Shown here in pieces: positions 43,286 through 53,496 of a stretch of 64,000 nt of DNA. Position 1 is the stretch's first letter. Each line of letters begins with the position of its first letter. The position numbers and the translations under genes are program-made. The stretch spans positions 832,001 to 896,000 of the forward strand of contig OY969100.1 of the NCBI GenBank assembly GCA_963697895.1. Direction: 5' to 3'. Under the pieces are notes generated by a model, which saw only the letters and a program-made list of their open reading frames with translations, was not told where the DNA came from and did no database searches. The stretch comes from an uncultured Methanomicrobiales archaeon. GTDB taxonomy: Archaea > Halobacteriota > Methanomicrobia > Methanomicrobiales > Methanospirillaceae.

Positions 43286-43972
43286 ATGCAGTTATTGGTC
43301 AGCCCGCAGAGTATCGAGGAGGCGAGGAATGCTCTGGCAGCTGATATCATCGATGTAAAAAAACCGTCCGAAGGGTCACTCGGTGCCAATTTTCCGTGGG
43401 TGGTCCGGGCAATCAGTGAAATTTCTCCAAAACCGGTGAGCGCCGCTATCGGTGACTTCGATTTCAAACCCGGAGGAGCAGCAATGGCCGCGTACGGGGC
43501 TGCCTGTGCCGGTGCACAATATATCAAGGTCGGACTGATGTTTGATGGAGCGGACCGTGCCCGCGAACTGATTGACGCAGTGGTAAAGGCAGTGAAGGAC
43601 GAATTTCCCGGGAAACAGGTGGTTATCGCCGCATATGGGGATCATAAACGACTGGGGACCATCTCCCCGTTTGCGATGGCGCCGCTTGCCGCCCGTGCCG
43701 GTGCCGATATCGCGATGATCGATACTGGAATAAAAGACGGGAAAAGTCTCTTCTCATTCATGGACGAGACGATGCTATCCTCATTTACCCGGACAAACAT
43801 GGCGCTCGGGATCGGGACGGCCCTCGCCGGTTCCCTAACCTTCGATGACATCCAGCCACTTCGTCGGATTGCTCCCGATATCATCGGGGTTCGGGGAATG
43901 GTCTGTGGTGGAGACAGGAATGCCATGATACAGGAAGATCTGGTTACTGCGGCGATCAGGATGGTCAGGTGA
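43286..43972 (+). CDS. mfnB: (5-formylfuran-3-yl)methyl phosphate synthase (methanofuran biosynthesis)
   Basis: LLVSP...EEA, IIDVK.P.EGSLGA, SA.IGD, DT..KDG, LAGS, GVRG..C. Confidence 0.93.
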   Translation: MQLLVSPQSIEEARNALAADIIDVKKPSEGSLGANFPWVVRAISEISPKPVSAAIGDFDFKPGGAAMAAYGAACAGAQYIKVGLMFDGADRARELIDAVVKAVKDEFPGKQVVIAAYGDHKRLGTISPFAMAPLAARAGADIAMIDTGIKDGKSLFSFMDETMLSSFTRTNMALGIGTALAGSLTFDDIQPLRRIAPDIIGVRGMVCGGDRNAMIQEDLVTAAIRMVR

Positions 43973-43976
43973 CAAG

Positions 43977-45443
43977 ATGTTTGTTGAAAAATTTGATGTA
44001 CCGTTATCGCTCACCTTCGATGACGTACTGCTCGAACCTGCGGAATCAGTAATCGAGCCGGATGAAGCAGACACGAGGTCGCGGTTCTCCCGGAACATTC
44101 CCCTGAATATCCCCCTGGTCAGCTCTGCGATGGATACGGTTACCGAGGCCCCAATGGCCATCGCCCTCGCGCGGGAAGGAGGGATTGGGGTCATTCACCG
44201 GAATCTCTCTCCGGAACAGGAGATAGACGAGGTCAGGGCCGTGAGGCGTGCAGAGGAACTGATCGAACGAAAAGTTGTCTCGGTCGGACCGGATGCAACC
44301 GTCTCTGATGTTGAGCGGCTGATGATCGAGCATGGCATCGGGGGTGTCCCGGTCGTCCAGGAAGGGAAGATCGTAGGGATTGTCAGCCGCCGGGATGTCC
44401 GGGCGATCGTCTCCCGCAGGGGCGGAGAGAATATCCAGACCATAATGACAAGGCGGCCGATCACCGCGGAAGAGAACATCACGATGGACCGGGCGCTTGA
44501 GGTGATGTATACGAACAAGGTAGAGCGGCTCCCGGTTGTGAATGCCGAAGGGAAGCTGCTCGGCATCATCACCATGCAGGATCTCCTCGAAAAGCGCCAA
44601 TATCCGCAGGCAACCCGGGACAGCACCGGGAACCTCCGGGTCGCGGCCGCTGTCGGTCCGTTTGATTTTGAACGTGCGATGAACCTCGATGCTGCCGGTG
44701 TCGATGCAATTGTCGTCGACTGTGCCCACGGGCATAATATGAAGGTGGTCAGATCGGTCGGGGAGATCAAGGGAAGCGTAAAGGCAGATGTGATCGCGGG
44801 AAATATCGCGACCGGGAAGGCGGCAAAGGAATATATAGACATCGTCGATGGTATCAAGGTCGGGATCGGACCCGGATCGATCTGCACGACCCGGATCGTG
44901 GCAGGTGTCGGAGTCCCGCAGATCACGGCGATCGCCCAGGTTGCGGAGGTTGTGTCCCCGGCAGGAATCCCCCTGATAGCCGACGGGGGTATTCGTTTCA
45001 GCGGCGATGTTGCCAAGGCGCTTGCGGCAGGTGCAGACTCCGTGATGATCGGGAGCCTCTTTGCAGGGACCGATGAATCTCCCGGCCGTGTCATAACGAT
45101 GAAAGGCAGGCGGTACAAACAATACCGGGGCATGGGATCCCTGGGGGTCATGAGTGGGGGGATCTCGAGTGACCGGTACTTCCAGAAGAAGGATATCGGG
45201 AAGACAAAATTCGTCCCTGAGGGGGTAGAGGGGGTAACCCCCTATGTCGGCAGGGTCTCGGACGTGATATACCAGCTCATCGGTGGCCTGAAGTCCTCGA
45301 TGGGATACACGGGTTCGCGAACGGTGGAAGACATGCGGATGAAGACACGATTTGTCCGGATCACCCATTCCGGGTATATCGAGAGCCACCCCCACAATAT
45401 CCTGATAACTGACGAGGCCCCGAATTACCGGTTACCTGAGTAA
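43977..45443 (+). CDS. guaB: IMP dehydrogenase
   Basis: TFDDVLL, MDTVTE, CBS pair, GIGPGSICTTR, YRGMGS, PEGVEG. Confidence 0.97.
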   Translation: MFVEKFDVPLSLTFDDVLLEPAESVIEPDEADTRSRFSRNIPLNIPLVSSAMDTVTEAPMAIALAREGGIGVIHRNLSPEQEIDEVRAVRRAEELIERKVVSVGPDATVSDVERLMIEHGIGGVPVVQEGKIVGIVSRRDVRAIVSRRGGENIQTIMTRRPITAEENITMDRALEVMYTNKVERLPVVNAEGKLLGIITMQDLLEKRQYPQATRDSTGNLRVAAAVGPFDFERAMNLDAAGVDAIVVDCAHGHNMKVVRSVGEIKGSVKADVIAGNIATGKAAKEYIDIVDGIKVGIGPGSICTTRIVAGVGVPQITAIAQVAEVVSPAGIPLIADGGIRFSGDVAKALAAGADSVMIGSLFAGTDESPGRVITMKGRRYKQYRGMGSLGVMSGGISSDRYFQKKDIGKTKFVPEGVEGVTPYVGRVSDVIYQLIGGLKSSMGYTGSRTVEDMRMKTRFVRITHSGYIESHPHNILITDEAPNYRLPE

Positions 45444-45551
45444 GAAGCAGAGACTCCTCCCCCAGCATCAATTTTACCGGTCACGATCTGTCTCGGGAAA
45501 ACTGAACCGATATCCTTTTAAATCTCTGTTCTGCTAAATGATATTTATCGT

Positions 45552-46526
45552 ATGAAAAGCGTCATTATCTCCTCTAAAAAAGAGGAGACGCCGAATATTA
45601 CCCAGTTTCTGAGGACAATTCCTTTCATACAGGAAGATTTTCCGACCATCACCCGGATCACCATCTCCATCCCGGACGAGGAGCTGGATGCCCTCCTGTC
45701 GAATATCCAGGAAGCACTCCGGTTCATGGATAAATCGACCCTAGTAGAGGTATATTCCCCGGAATTTGTAATATCACGCCAGATCGATGAGTGGAAAGAG
45801 GCAAAGACAGAAAAGAAAAAAGGGGCAAGGACAGCGGTTGAAAAGCTCCTCGATTCGGCCGAATCACAGGCGAGACCCAACTGGGATACCCTCATGTTTG
45901 CGATCATCGGAACCGAGGTTGCACTCATGGGGTTGTTTATCAACAGCATCGGGGTGATCATCGGGACGATGCTCATTTCTCCGCTCCTTGGACCCATCTC
46001 CGCGTTCGCGGTTACCACCTCGGCCGGATACACCCGGCTGGTGATATCGAGCGTCCGGACGCTGATGATCTACATCTTTGCCATCATCATCATCGCGTTC
46101 GTCACCACCTTCATCCTGTCGCTCTTTATGGAACTCCCAATCACCCCCGAGATACTGAGCCGGACCACTTCCAGTCCCATTTATATCGCGATGGCGATCA
46201 TGCTCGGAATAGCAGCGATAATCGCCCTCTCAAAAGAGATCCCGGACGCGATAACGGGGGTGGCAATCGGGGCGGCCCTGCTCCCCCCCGCAGTCGGTAC
46301 TGGGAATCACCGGGGCGATCTATCCCGAAGGAGTGGTCGGTGCATTTCTCCTCACCTTCGAGAACATTGTCGGTCTGATGATCGGGAGTGTCTCGGAGCC
46401 CTCATTCTTCGGATCGTTCCCCGTGGGTACCGGGAACAGATCGCCGCGAGAAAGATCATCGGGCGCACGCTCATTGTCCTTGTGATCCTCATACTGGCAC
46501 TGCTGGCACTGGTGCTGCTGACATGA
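45552..46526 (+). CDS. TIGR00341/DUF389 membrane protein with compensating frameshifts at about 46300-46395
   Basis: VIIG.MLI.PL.GP, EIL.RT, GVAI..ALLPP; alternative frame gives hydrophobic GITGAIYPEGVVGAFLLTFENIVGLMIGSV. Confidence 0.85.
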   Translation: MKSVIISSKKEETPNITQFLRTIPFIQEDFPTITRITISIPDEELDALLSNIQEALRFMDKSTLVEVYSPEFVISRQIDEWKEAKTEKKKGARTAVEKLLDSAESQARPNWDTLMFAIIGTEVALMGLFINSIGVIIGTMLISPLLGPISAFAVTTSAGYTRLVISSVRTLMIYIFAIIIIAFVTTFILSLFMELPITPEILSRTTSSPIYIAMAIMLGIAAIIALSKEIPDAITGVAIGAALLPPAVGTGNHRGDLSRRSGRCISPHLREHCRSDDRECLGALILRIVPRGYREQIAARKIIGRTLIVLVILILALLALVLLT

Positions 46527-46635
46527 AAGGAAAATACGATCCCCGTGTATGCGGATAGAATTTTCAGGTTTTTGATAATTTATTTCGATTCTCAGATATT
46601 GAGACCCCAAAACAATACTATAAATGTCACCCAAC

Positions 46636-46650
46636 CTAACATTATGTAAA
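46636..46650 (+). promoter_or_regulatory. HSR1-like operator CTAAC-N5-GTAAA between the TATA box and the start codon
   Basis: CTAAC ATTAT GTAAA; TATAAA at about 46619-46624; resembles CTAAC-N5-GTTAG. Confidence 0.5.
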
Positions 46651-46653
46651 TAT

Positions 46654-47271
46654 ATGTTGGATCCTGTAGAGGTTTCACGTCTGCTCGATATCCTTGGCAA
46701 CCGGAACCGCAGACGTATCATCGAACTATTGCGACAGAAACCCTGTTTTGTTACCGAGATCTCTGACCGGCTGACGCTCTCCCCGAAGGCGGTCATCGAA
46801 CATCTCCAGATGATGGAGCGGGAAGAGATACTCTCGTTCCGTCTCGATGAACGGCGGCGGAAATATTACTATCTGGCAAACGATATCAGCATCATGTTAA
46901 GCCTCGAGAGGCAGGAGAACATCAAGATTATCCCGGTCACGGACCAGATGACCCGTTTCCGGACCTCCCTGCATATGCTCAACAGGATGGTTGCTGTCCG
47001 CGAGGACATAGCCTCCAGCCTGAAGTACCTTGATGCAGATATCGACCGCAAGATCCGGGAGATCATCGAGAGTGGGAACGAGATCCTCGGCAGCGAGAAG
47101 GAGACGGACCTTATCATAGCGCTTTCTCATTATCGCCTCGGGATAGATGACCTTCACGAATTAACCGGAATTCCGGTTGACGAGGTGCAGAAAGAACTTA
47201 AACTCCTGGTAGAGAAGAATATCGTCGAAAAAGACGGACCCGTGTTCAAATTACGAGGCATCCATGCCTGA
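46654..47271 (+). CDS. ArsR-type wHTH regulator (heat-shock regulator HSR1/Phr-like)
   Basis: LLDILGN.NRRRI..LL..KP.FV.EIS..L..SPKAV.EHL, R.RKYY; coupled to hsp20. Confidence 0.85.
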   Translation: MLDPVEVSRLLDILGNRNRRRIIELLRQKPCFVTEISDRLTLSPKAVIEHLQMMEREEILSFRLDERRRKYYYLANDISIMLSLERQENIKIIPVTDQMTRFRTSLHMLNRMVAVREDIASSLKYLDADIDRKIREIIESGNEILGSEKETDLIIALSHYRLGIDDLHELTGIPVDEVQKELKLLVEKNIVEKDGPVFKLRGIHA

Positions 47272-47695
47272 TAAAACCGATGAAAACCCCTATGAAGAGT
47301 TGATGAGACAGATCGCCCGGATTGTGGAAGATATCGTGAAAAGTCTCCCAGACCAGAAGAACGCCCGGTTCATCGGGTGTACCATCATATCGGGCACGAA
47401 CTCCGATGCGCCGAAGGTCTTTCATGTCAGAAGTGAGAAGCCGCCGGAGATCTCGTATGAAGTGATCGAAGCGGAAGACCGGATCTTCATCACCGCCCTG
47501 ATACCACCCGAGGTGCCCGCCCTTGCTTATGCCGATATAAGGCCGGATGCGGTCCATATCCGGGCAGGCAACCTGCAGGCCAGCATCACGCTCCAGAAAC
47601 CGATAGATGTCATCCACAGCTTCTACCGGGTGCGGCATGGAGTCATGGATATCGTCCTCTCAAAACCGAGGGTACGTGTCTCGGATGCCCGTTAA
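47264..47695 (+). CDS. Hsp20/alpha-crystallin-like protein
   Basis: YEV.E....I.ITA.IP, GV.DI.L; overlaps the regulator stop. Confidence 0.75.
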   Translation: MPDKTDENPYEELMRQIARIVEDIVKSLPDQKNARFIGCTIISGTNSDAPKVFHVRSEKPPEISYEVIEAEDRIFITALIPPEVPALAYADIRPDAVHIRAGNLQASITLQKPIDVIHSFYRVRHGVMDIVLSKPRVRVSDAR

Positions 47696-47934
47696 ACGGA
47701 AAGAAAAGATACCAGATAATTCCCCCCCTTGAAAATGGAATTAAGTCTTTTCCTCAAATGAGAGGAGTACATCTCTCCAGTTTGGCATGCGATTTAGTCC
47801 ATAAGATGATGTAATAACCCTCCCATTCTTTTTATGTCCAGGGAAACACCAGCATCAAGGAAGTCCCTGACACACTGTGGTTTTGTGGGATCTGAAAAGT
47901 AAGGAAAAAGAATTTAATCTTTATATCGGGCCCG

Positions 47935-48414
47935 TCATGGCCCGGTAACATTGCACCACAGGACGTACGTCGTCTCGTTCCCGGTCACATTCTCGAAAGG
48001 CCGCCGGTAGATTCCGGAGAACTCCTGCAAGCCATTCTTTACGGTGAGGACTTCCCATGTATGAATTCCCCCGGCGCCGATAAGCCCTGATGTGGGTGGT
48101 ATGAAGGTGTCATTTGTAATCTGCAGCCCGTCGGTTACCGTAATGTTCCATGAATAGCCGGTTGTCGGGTTTTCCTGGAGCCATACGGTGAAGGTACTCC
48201 CGAGGGGAACTGCCACGGTCGTCCCGTTGGCGGATTCGTTGTACACATACATGATGGGCGTTGTAGTCGGCATCGGGGTCATGGTTGCAATCGTCGTCGC
48301 CGTAGTTGTCGGAGTCGGAGTTACCGGCGGGGTCACCGGCTGGGTACATCCCGCAACGAGGATGGCAGCAAGACAAAGAATTGCAACAGCGCCAAAAATC
48401 TTTAATTTTTGCAT
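47935..48414 (-). CDS. Lipoprotein with chagasin/I42 cysteine protease inhibitor domain
   Basis: Lipobox LVAGC, Thr/Pro linker, ENPTTGYSW, GAGG...W, YRRP. Confidence 0.9.
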   Translation of the reverse strand: MQKLKIFGAVAILCLAAILVAGCTQPVTPPVTPTPTTTATTIATMTPMPTTTPIMYVYNESANGTTVAVPLGSTFTVWLQENPTTGYSWNITVTDGLQITNDTFIPPTSGLIGAGGIHTWEVLTVKNGLQEFSGIYRRPFENVTGNETTYVLWCNVTGP

Positions 48415-48756
48415 TTTCTACCTCAGGGAAATTTGGGCGGGATGAGGAAATATACGTTTCGAGATGCGATCTAAAAGAAATTTTGGAGGATACCTGTCCG
48501 GACACTAACTTGGAACTGCCAAACGCGATATGATGATGAATGGGTGAACGATCAGCTATGTACAGATGGCATCATCGATCCGATCCCGAAGGGATTTTTA
48601 AGCGCCAAAAGTTCTGGGAGAGTAGATTCAGGAAGAAAAGAGCCCGTTAGAATCCCTCCCTTCTGTTCAGGAATGTCCCGATACCCCCCTTCAGACGGAA
48701 TTTTTTTGAACCAGTTATTTTATCGTAACCAGATTTTTTTTCTGAAAAAAACCAGA

Positions 48757-50943
48757 TTACCCTGGTACATGTGTTTCCGGGGCAATCCACTCTGATATCT
48801 GTCGCTTTGCCGGTTTGTATTCACTGAACTGACGGAGGGGAACTGTCAGGTCTCGGGTGAATGCAAAATACCCAATCTGTGTATTTTTACAGAGTCTGCA
48901 TTGCCATATCCATCAGCCCCCGCGGGTCGGGACGGGATTCACCGAGCCAGATATGGAATATGTTACCACCATCGACAATCGGGAAAAAGACGTGTTCTAT
49001 GGCCATCCGCCTCGCAAGCGGGATGTTGGCGGAAGGGGCGACATGCGTGCCATTCGTATAGTAGACCGGGAGGTCCCTCGTAGTCCCGAGCTTCTCAAGC
49101 CCACACCTGAGATCTCCTTTGATAACCTTCCGCGCCGGATCCCGGAACTCCTTGTTCAGCAGGTCAGAGACCGCAAACCGCTGTCCGGTCGTCTCAGCGG
49201 GTGTCCGGGCAAGGGCAATCGTCATATGGTGACGCTTGGAGAGCTCCCGGGCATAGAACTCCATCTCGGTCATTGCCCGAACAGCGAGCCTGAATGCCTC
49301 CGGGGACTCGTGGAGCTGCATGCCGGTATGTGTCTGGACCATTTCGTTTACCCCGACAATCCCGATCGTGTAGACCAGGCTGTCGAGATCAACCCCTACA
49401 GCACCTCGTTCTCCGGTTATCGGATCTTTCGGGCGCTGCATAGCAAATGGCATCCGACCATGCGCCCGGATCAGATCCATCCAGCGGCGCTTGATCCGGA
49501 AGACTTCCACGCAGACATCCATGAGCGACTTCGAGCTCGGAAAAGAGACGTTCTGATCATCACCGTTCGCCCGGTATGCGGCTCGGGGGCAGTTAAGGGA
49601 GACCACCTGCCAGGAACCCATGCTGAAGTGCATCCCGTCTTTGAACCGGAGTTTCTCCTCGAATCCTTCATCCTCCTCCGCGACGGCAGAGAACTGGTAG
49701 GCACAACACTGGTAGCAGGAGATCCCTTTCCCCGCTCCCCGATATTCCGGCATCTGGTTGTCATAATACGGGGTTCCGAACTTGGATGCCAGCTCGAATG
49801 TCATGAGATAGAGATCACGGTACGTGGGAAGATCGGGGTGCTCCTGGTTGAACGCTTCATCCTCCTGCATGAAATCCGGCTCGATGCTGATCTCAGGCTT
49901 CGGGAAACTGAACGGCTTTCCCCAGTAGTCTCCCTCGAGCATCACCTCCATCAGCGCCTTGAAGAGGAGCCGCACCTCGCTTTCGAACTCTTTGTAGGTG
50001 CGGAGCGGTGCCGCTTCCCCGTCCCAGATCTTCCCCTTATATATGCAGGGTTTGTCTTTCCAGAGCGCCGGCACCCCGGGGCTGAGCTGTACAGATGAAA
50101 AGACGAGCTGGCCGCCACGGGCGACCATCATCTGGGTCATCTCGTAGACAAACATCTGCATCAGCTGCCGGATCTCATCATATGCCATTCCCTCGAAGAA
50201 CGGGGCGATGAAGGTGAGGAAATTATAATACCCCTGACCGCCGGCAAAATTTGTCTGTGCACTCCCGAGCGCCTTCACCGCGTGGAGAACCGCGACTTCA
50301 GCCCGCTTTGCCGGGCCGGCGACCGATGCCTTGGTGCCGTTTCCATCCGGCATCAGCCCGTAGTAAAAGAAATACCTGAGATCCCAGTCCTGGCAGAAGG
50401 GCCGGGTGCCAAAGTATTCGAGATCGTGGATATGGATATCCCCGGAGAGATGCCGGTCCGCAAGCGGCGGCGGGAGCTGGAGCAGGTACTGTTCCTTGCT
50501 GATCTTGTCTGCCTTTTTTTTATGCGAGGTCTCGGCATTTTCCTGGAGATTTGCATTATCCTTTGCCTCAAAGCCCCTCCCGACGTCGATCAGGTGTGCA
50601 TCATAGACCGGTGTTCCGACCCGGGTGCAGACGTTCCGGTACTGGACCATAGACTGTTCCAGGAGGGTGATATTGACGATCTCCCTTATGAGGGGACCAG
50701 AAAGGGAATGGAGGCCCATACGGAGGATCCGCTGTTCAACCAGCCGCGCGATCTCCTGGGCCGTCGCCTCATCTGCCCCGTCATGCCCATAGAAGATCCC
50801 GACGAGCTGGGTCTCCTCCAAAATCTGGCGTACTATCTGCTGGCGGTCCCATTCAACGATATGACCGTCCGTCGTCCGTACCGGGGGGACTGCGGGATGA
50901 ATAAACCATCAAGCGTTGTCTGTTTTGCCGAGCGGACCACCAT
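48757..50943 (-). CDS. nrdD: Anaerobic (class III) ribonucleotide reductase NrdD; frameshifted in this assembly; no C-terminal glycyl-radical domain
   Basis: ATP cone (VRTTDG...WDR..I; LSGPLIRE.VN), H..G.IHIHDL, RPFC, FSFPKP, YQCCAY, TPAETT, YYTNGTH, GGNIFHIWLGE; indels near 50885, 49530-49555 and 48898. Confidence 0.9.
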
Positions 50944-51215
50944 CAAACACCCTTCATCAGCTGGTTCATCCGATCTTCCCGGACCTGCCCTCCCGAAAAA
51001 AGATCATTCGATATCAGAAATACAGACCGGTTCTGCAGGACCGGGGCTTCCTGTACGAAAACCCCGTTGATCCGGAGTTCGGTGAGGGATTCAGGGGTCG
51101 CCATATCCCGTTCAGAATAGGAAATGCCGTGTTCCGTCAGGAATCTTTTTAACAATTCGCAATTCGGGCAATCCTCAAGCGTGTATACGATCAGCTGCGG
51201 TGTATTATCTGTCAT
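50943..51215 (-). CDS. nrdH: Glutaredoxin-like NrdH
   Basis: VYT...CPNC..LK.FL, APVL; stop overlaps the nrdD start. Confidence 0.88.
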   Translation of the reverse strand: MTDNTPQLIVYTLEDCPNCELLKRFLTEHGISYSERDMATPESLTELRINGVFVQEAPVLQNRSVFLISNDLFSGGQVREDRMNQLMKGV

Positions 51216-51408
51216 GGTGTATCCCCCCGGATGTATGGTTATCTGTTCGTTCTGCTCCTCAAAAAAAATTTCTTCTTTTGATTCGGTCTGCACAGTGATA
51301 CAGGAATCTATCATTGCAGATCTCATCTGTCCGGTGGATATGATCATTGAGGATATTATAATCTCTGATAGCCTCCTGATCTGAAGAGAGAGAAGGAGAC
51401 GATATTCT

Positions 51409-51948
51409 GTGGTAAGGACATTCATTGCAATCGATCTGGCTCCCGAGGTCCGTGAACGGCTTTCGGAATCACAGGATACCCTGAAACAGTGCAGCGCCCG
51501 GCTTACCCTCGTCGATCCGGAAAACATCCATCTCACGCTCAAATTTCTCGGGGAGGTCTCCCCGGCCCAGATTGAACAAATAACGGGGGTGCTGCGGGAG
51601 ATAGCGGGGACTCCTTTCGATATCTCACTCGATTGCATTGTCGGGAATACCTCGTCGCGTCCCCGTGTCATCTGGTGTACCATTTCAGACGAGGGAGCGT
51701 GCACCTCCCTTGCGGGCCGGATCGAAGAGGCCCTCGCCCCCCTCGGGTTCAGGCGTGAAGATCGTCCCTTTACTCCGCACGTGACGGTGGCACGGGTCAG
51801 GAATTACGATCCCTCACTATCGCGGGCCCTGAAAGAAGTGGGAGCCCGGCGGCACGGTACCTGCAGGATAACCGGATTTTCCCTGAAAAAGAGCACCCTG
51901 ACCCCCCAGGGACCGATATATGAGGATATCGAGAAGGTGACCTGGTGA
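51409..51948 (+). CDS. thpR: RNA 2',3'-cyclic phosphodiesterase (2H family)
   Basis: R.FIA, HLTLKFLGE, PHVT.AR, S.L...GP.Y. Confidence 0.93.
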   Translation: MVRTFIAIDLAPEVRERLSESQDTLKQCSARLTLVDPENIHLTLKFLGEVSPAQIEQITGVLREIAGTPFDISLDCIVGNTSSRPRVIWCTISDEGACTSLAGRIEEALAPLGFRREDRPFTPHVTVARVRNYDPSLSRALKEVGARRHGTCRITGFSLKKSTLTPQGPIYEDIEKVTW

Positions 51949-53342
51949 ACCGGTCTCCGCTTGAGCAGCAGGTGCTCGAAAGGATACGACCTTCACCTGC
52001 GGAGAGAAAACACGTCGAGGTGATTGCCGGCCGGATCATCCAGATAATTGAGGGGCGGGGTGTTCCGGCGATGGTCGTCGGTTCCGTCGCGCGGCATACC
52101 TGGGTCTCCGGTGACAGAGATCTGGATATTTTTATGCTGTTTGATCCCGGACTCCCGCGGGAAGAGCTGGAGAGACAGGGGCTCTCACTCGCCCGTGAAG
52201 TCACTACACTATTCGGAGCTGTCTACCGAGAGAAATATGCCGAACACCCTTATATCAACGCATGTATCGAAGAGATCGATGTAGACCTGGTACCTTGTTA
52301 CCTGCTGGAAAATGCCCGGACGATCCAGTCGGCAGTAGATCGCACGCCATTTCATACCCGGTATATCCAGGAGCGAATTGAACCGTATATCGATGATGTG
52401 CTGCTCCTAAAGCAGTTCTCGAAAGCGGGAGGCGTCTACGGATCGGATCAGATGACAGAGGGGTTTTCCGGGTATCTCACTGAACTTCTGATCCTCATGT
52501 ACGGGGGGTTTATCCCGGTTCTTGAAGCCGCCTCACAATGGCGACCCGGCACGATCATCGATCCTGAGAAACACCGCGCAAAGGAGTTCGGTGAACCGCT
52601 CGTGGTGGTGGACCCGGTCGATCCGGAGCGGAACGTATCGGCATCGGTTTCGCTGACACGGATGTACGAATTCGTGGAGCTGGCACGGGGATACCTCTCT
52701 TCACCGTCGCGGTCATTTTTCTTCCCACCGGACCAGGCACCCGGCGACTACGGCGAATTCAGGGCTGAACGAGCCCGGCGGGGCACCCCGCTCTATGCTC
52801 TTCGGTTTGCTACGCCACCCTATATCGAGGATATCGTAGTGCCGCAGCTCAGGAAGAGTACCGAGGCGGTCTGTGATCTCCTGGGACGTCACGGGTTCAG
52901 CGTCAATCGGGCCGACTATTGCATGGGATCTGATGAGTGTATGCTCATCTTCGAGCTTCTGGTCGACCGGCTTCCCACCGTAAAGAGGCATGCAGGGCCT
53001 CCCCTCTGGAACCGGGGCAATGCTGAAAAATTTGCGGCTAAATATCAGGATAACCGGATCCCTTCCCAATATTCAGGTCCATACATCGAAGATGGGTGTT
53101 ACATGGTCGAGATCTCCCGACGATTCATTTGTGCAGGCGATCTCCTTCGTTCCCATGAGGTGCTGGATGTGGGACTCGGGAAACACGTGAAACAGAGTAT
53201 GAGAGAACGATGGGATCTGGACGAGGGCGATGGATGCTGGCATGAGCAGTACCGTACGTTTTTGAGCGAATTCTTCGTGAAATCTTCACCCCTCGTTCGC
53301 ATACGCAGATTGGATCGGATTGATACAGGAGATCCCATCTGA
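51945..53342 (+). CDS. cca: Class I CCA-adding enzyme
   Basis: GS.AR.TW..GD.DLD.F, YAEHPY, D.VPC, SAVDRTPFH, GFSGYL.E. Confidence 0.95.
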   Translation: MNRSPLEQQVLERIRPSPAERKHVEVIAGRIIQIIEGRGVPAMVVGSVARHTWVSGDRDLDIFMLFDPGLPREELERQGLSLAREVTTLFGAVYREKYAEHPYINACIEEIDVDLVPCYLLENARTIQSAVDRTPFHTRYIQERIEPYIDDVLLLKQFSKAGGVYGSDQMTEGFSGYLTELLILMYGGFIPVLEAASQWRPGTIIDPEKHRAKEFGEPLVVVDPVDPERNVSASVSLTRMYEFVELARGYLSSPSRSFFFPPDQAPGDYGEFRAERARRGTPLYALRFATPPYIEDIVVPQLRKSTEAVCDLLGRHGFSVNRADYCMGSDECMLIFELLVDRLPTVKRHAGPPLWNRGNAEKFAAKYQDNRIPSQYSGPYIEDGCYMVEISRRFICAGDLLRSHEVLDVGLGKHVKQSMRERWDLDEGDGCWHEQYRTFLSEFFVKSSPLVRIRRLDRIDTGDPI

Positions 53343-53496
53343 TCTGAATTTCCGGCTATCTTTTCATGTGGTGGAGAATAACACGATAGGATACGCTATC
53401 TTCATAAGTTTGCACAGAAAAGACACAGTATAACAGGATTTATACCAATATCACTCCTGGTATCACCTGATTGAATAGTTCAGGGAAGAATGAAAG

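Noticed and set aside
48700-48760. Three AACCAG repeats with T/A tracts
   Set aside because: Irregular spacing directly after the nrdD stop; best explained as a terminator region, not CRISPR or iterons
50880-50890. Programmed frameshift or phase variation at the G6 run in nrdD
   Set aside because: Several other indels in the same gene and window make sequencing error more parsimonious
50943-51704. 253-aa ORF
   Set aside because: The upstream part is antisense to thpR; only 51215-50943 (NrdH) is credible
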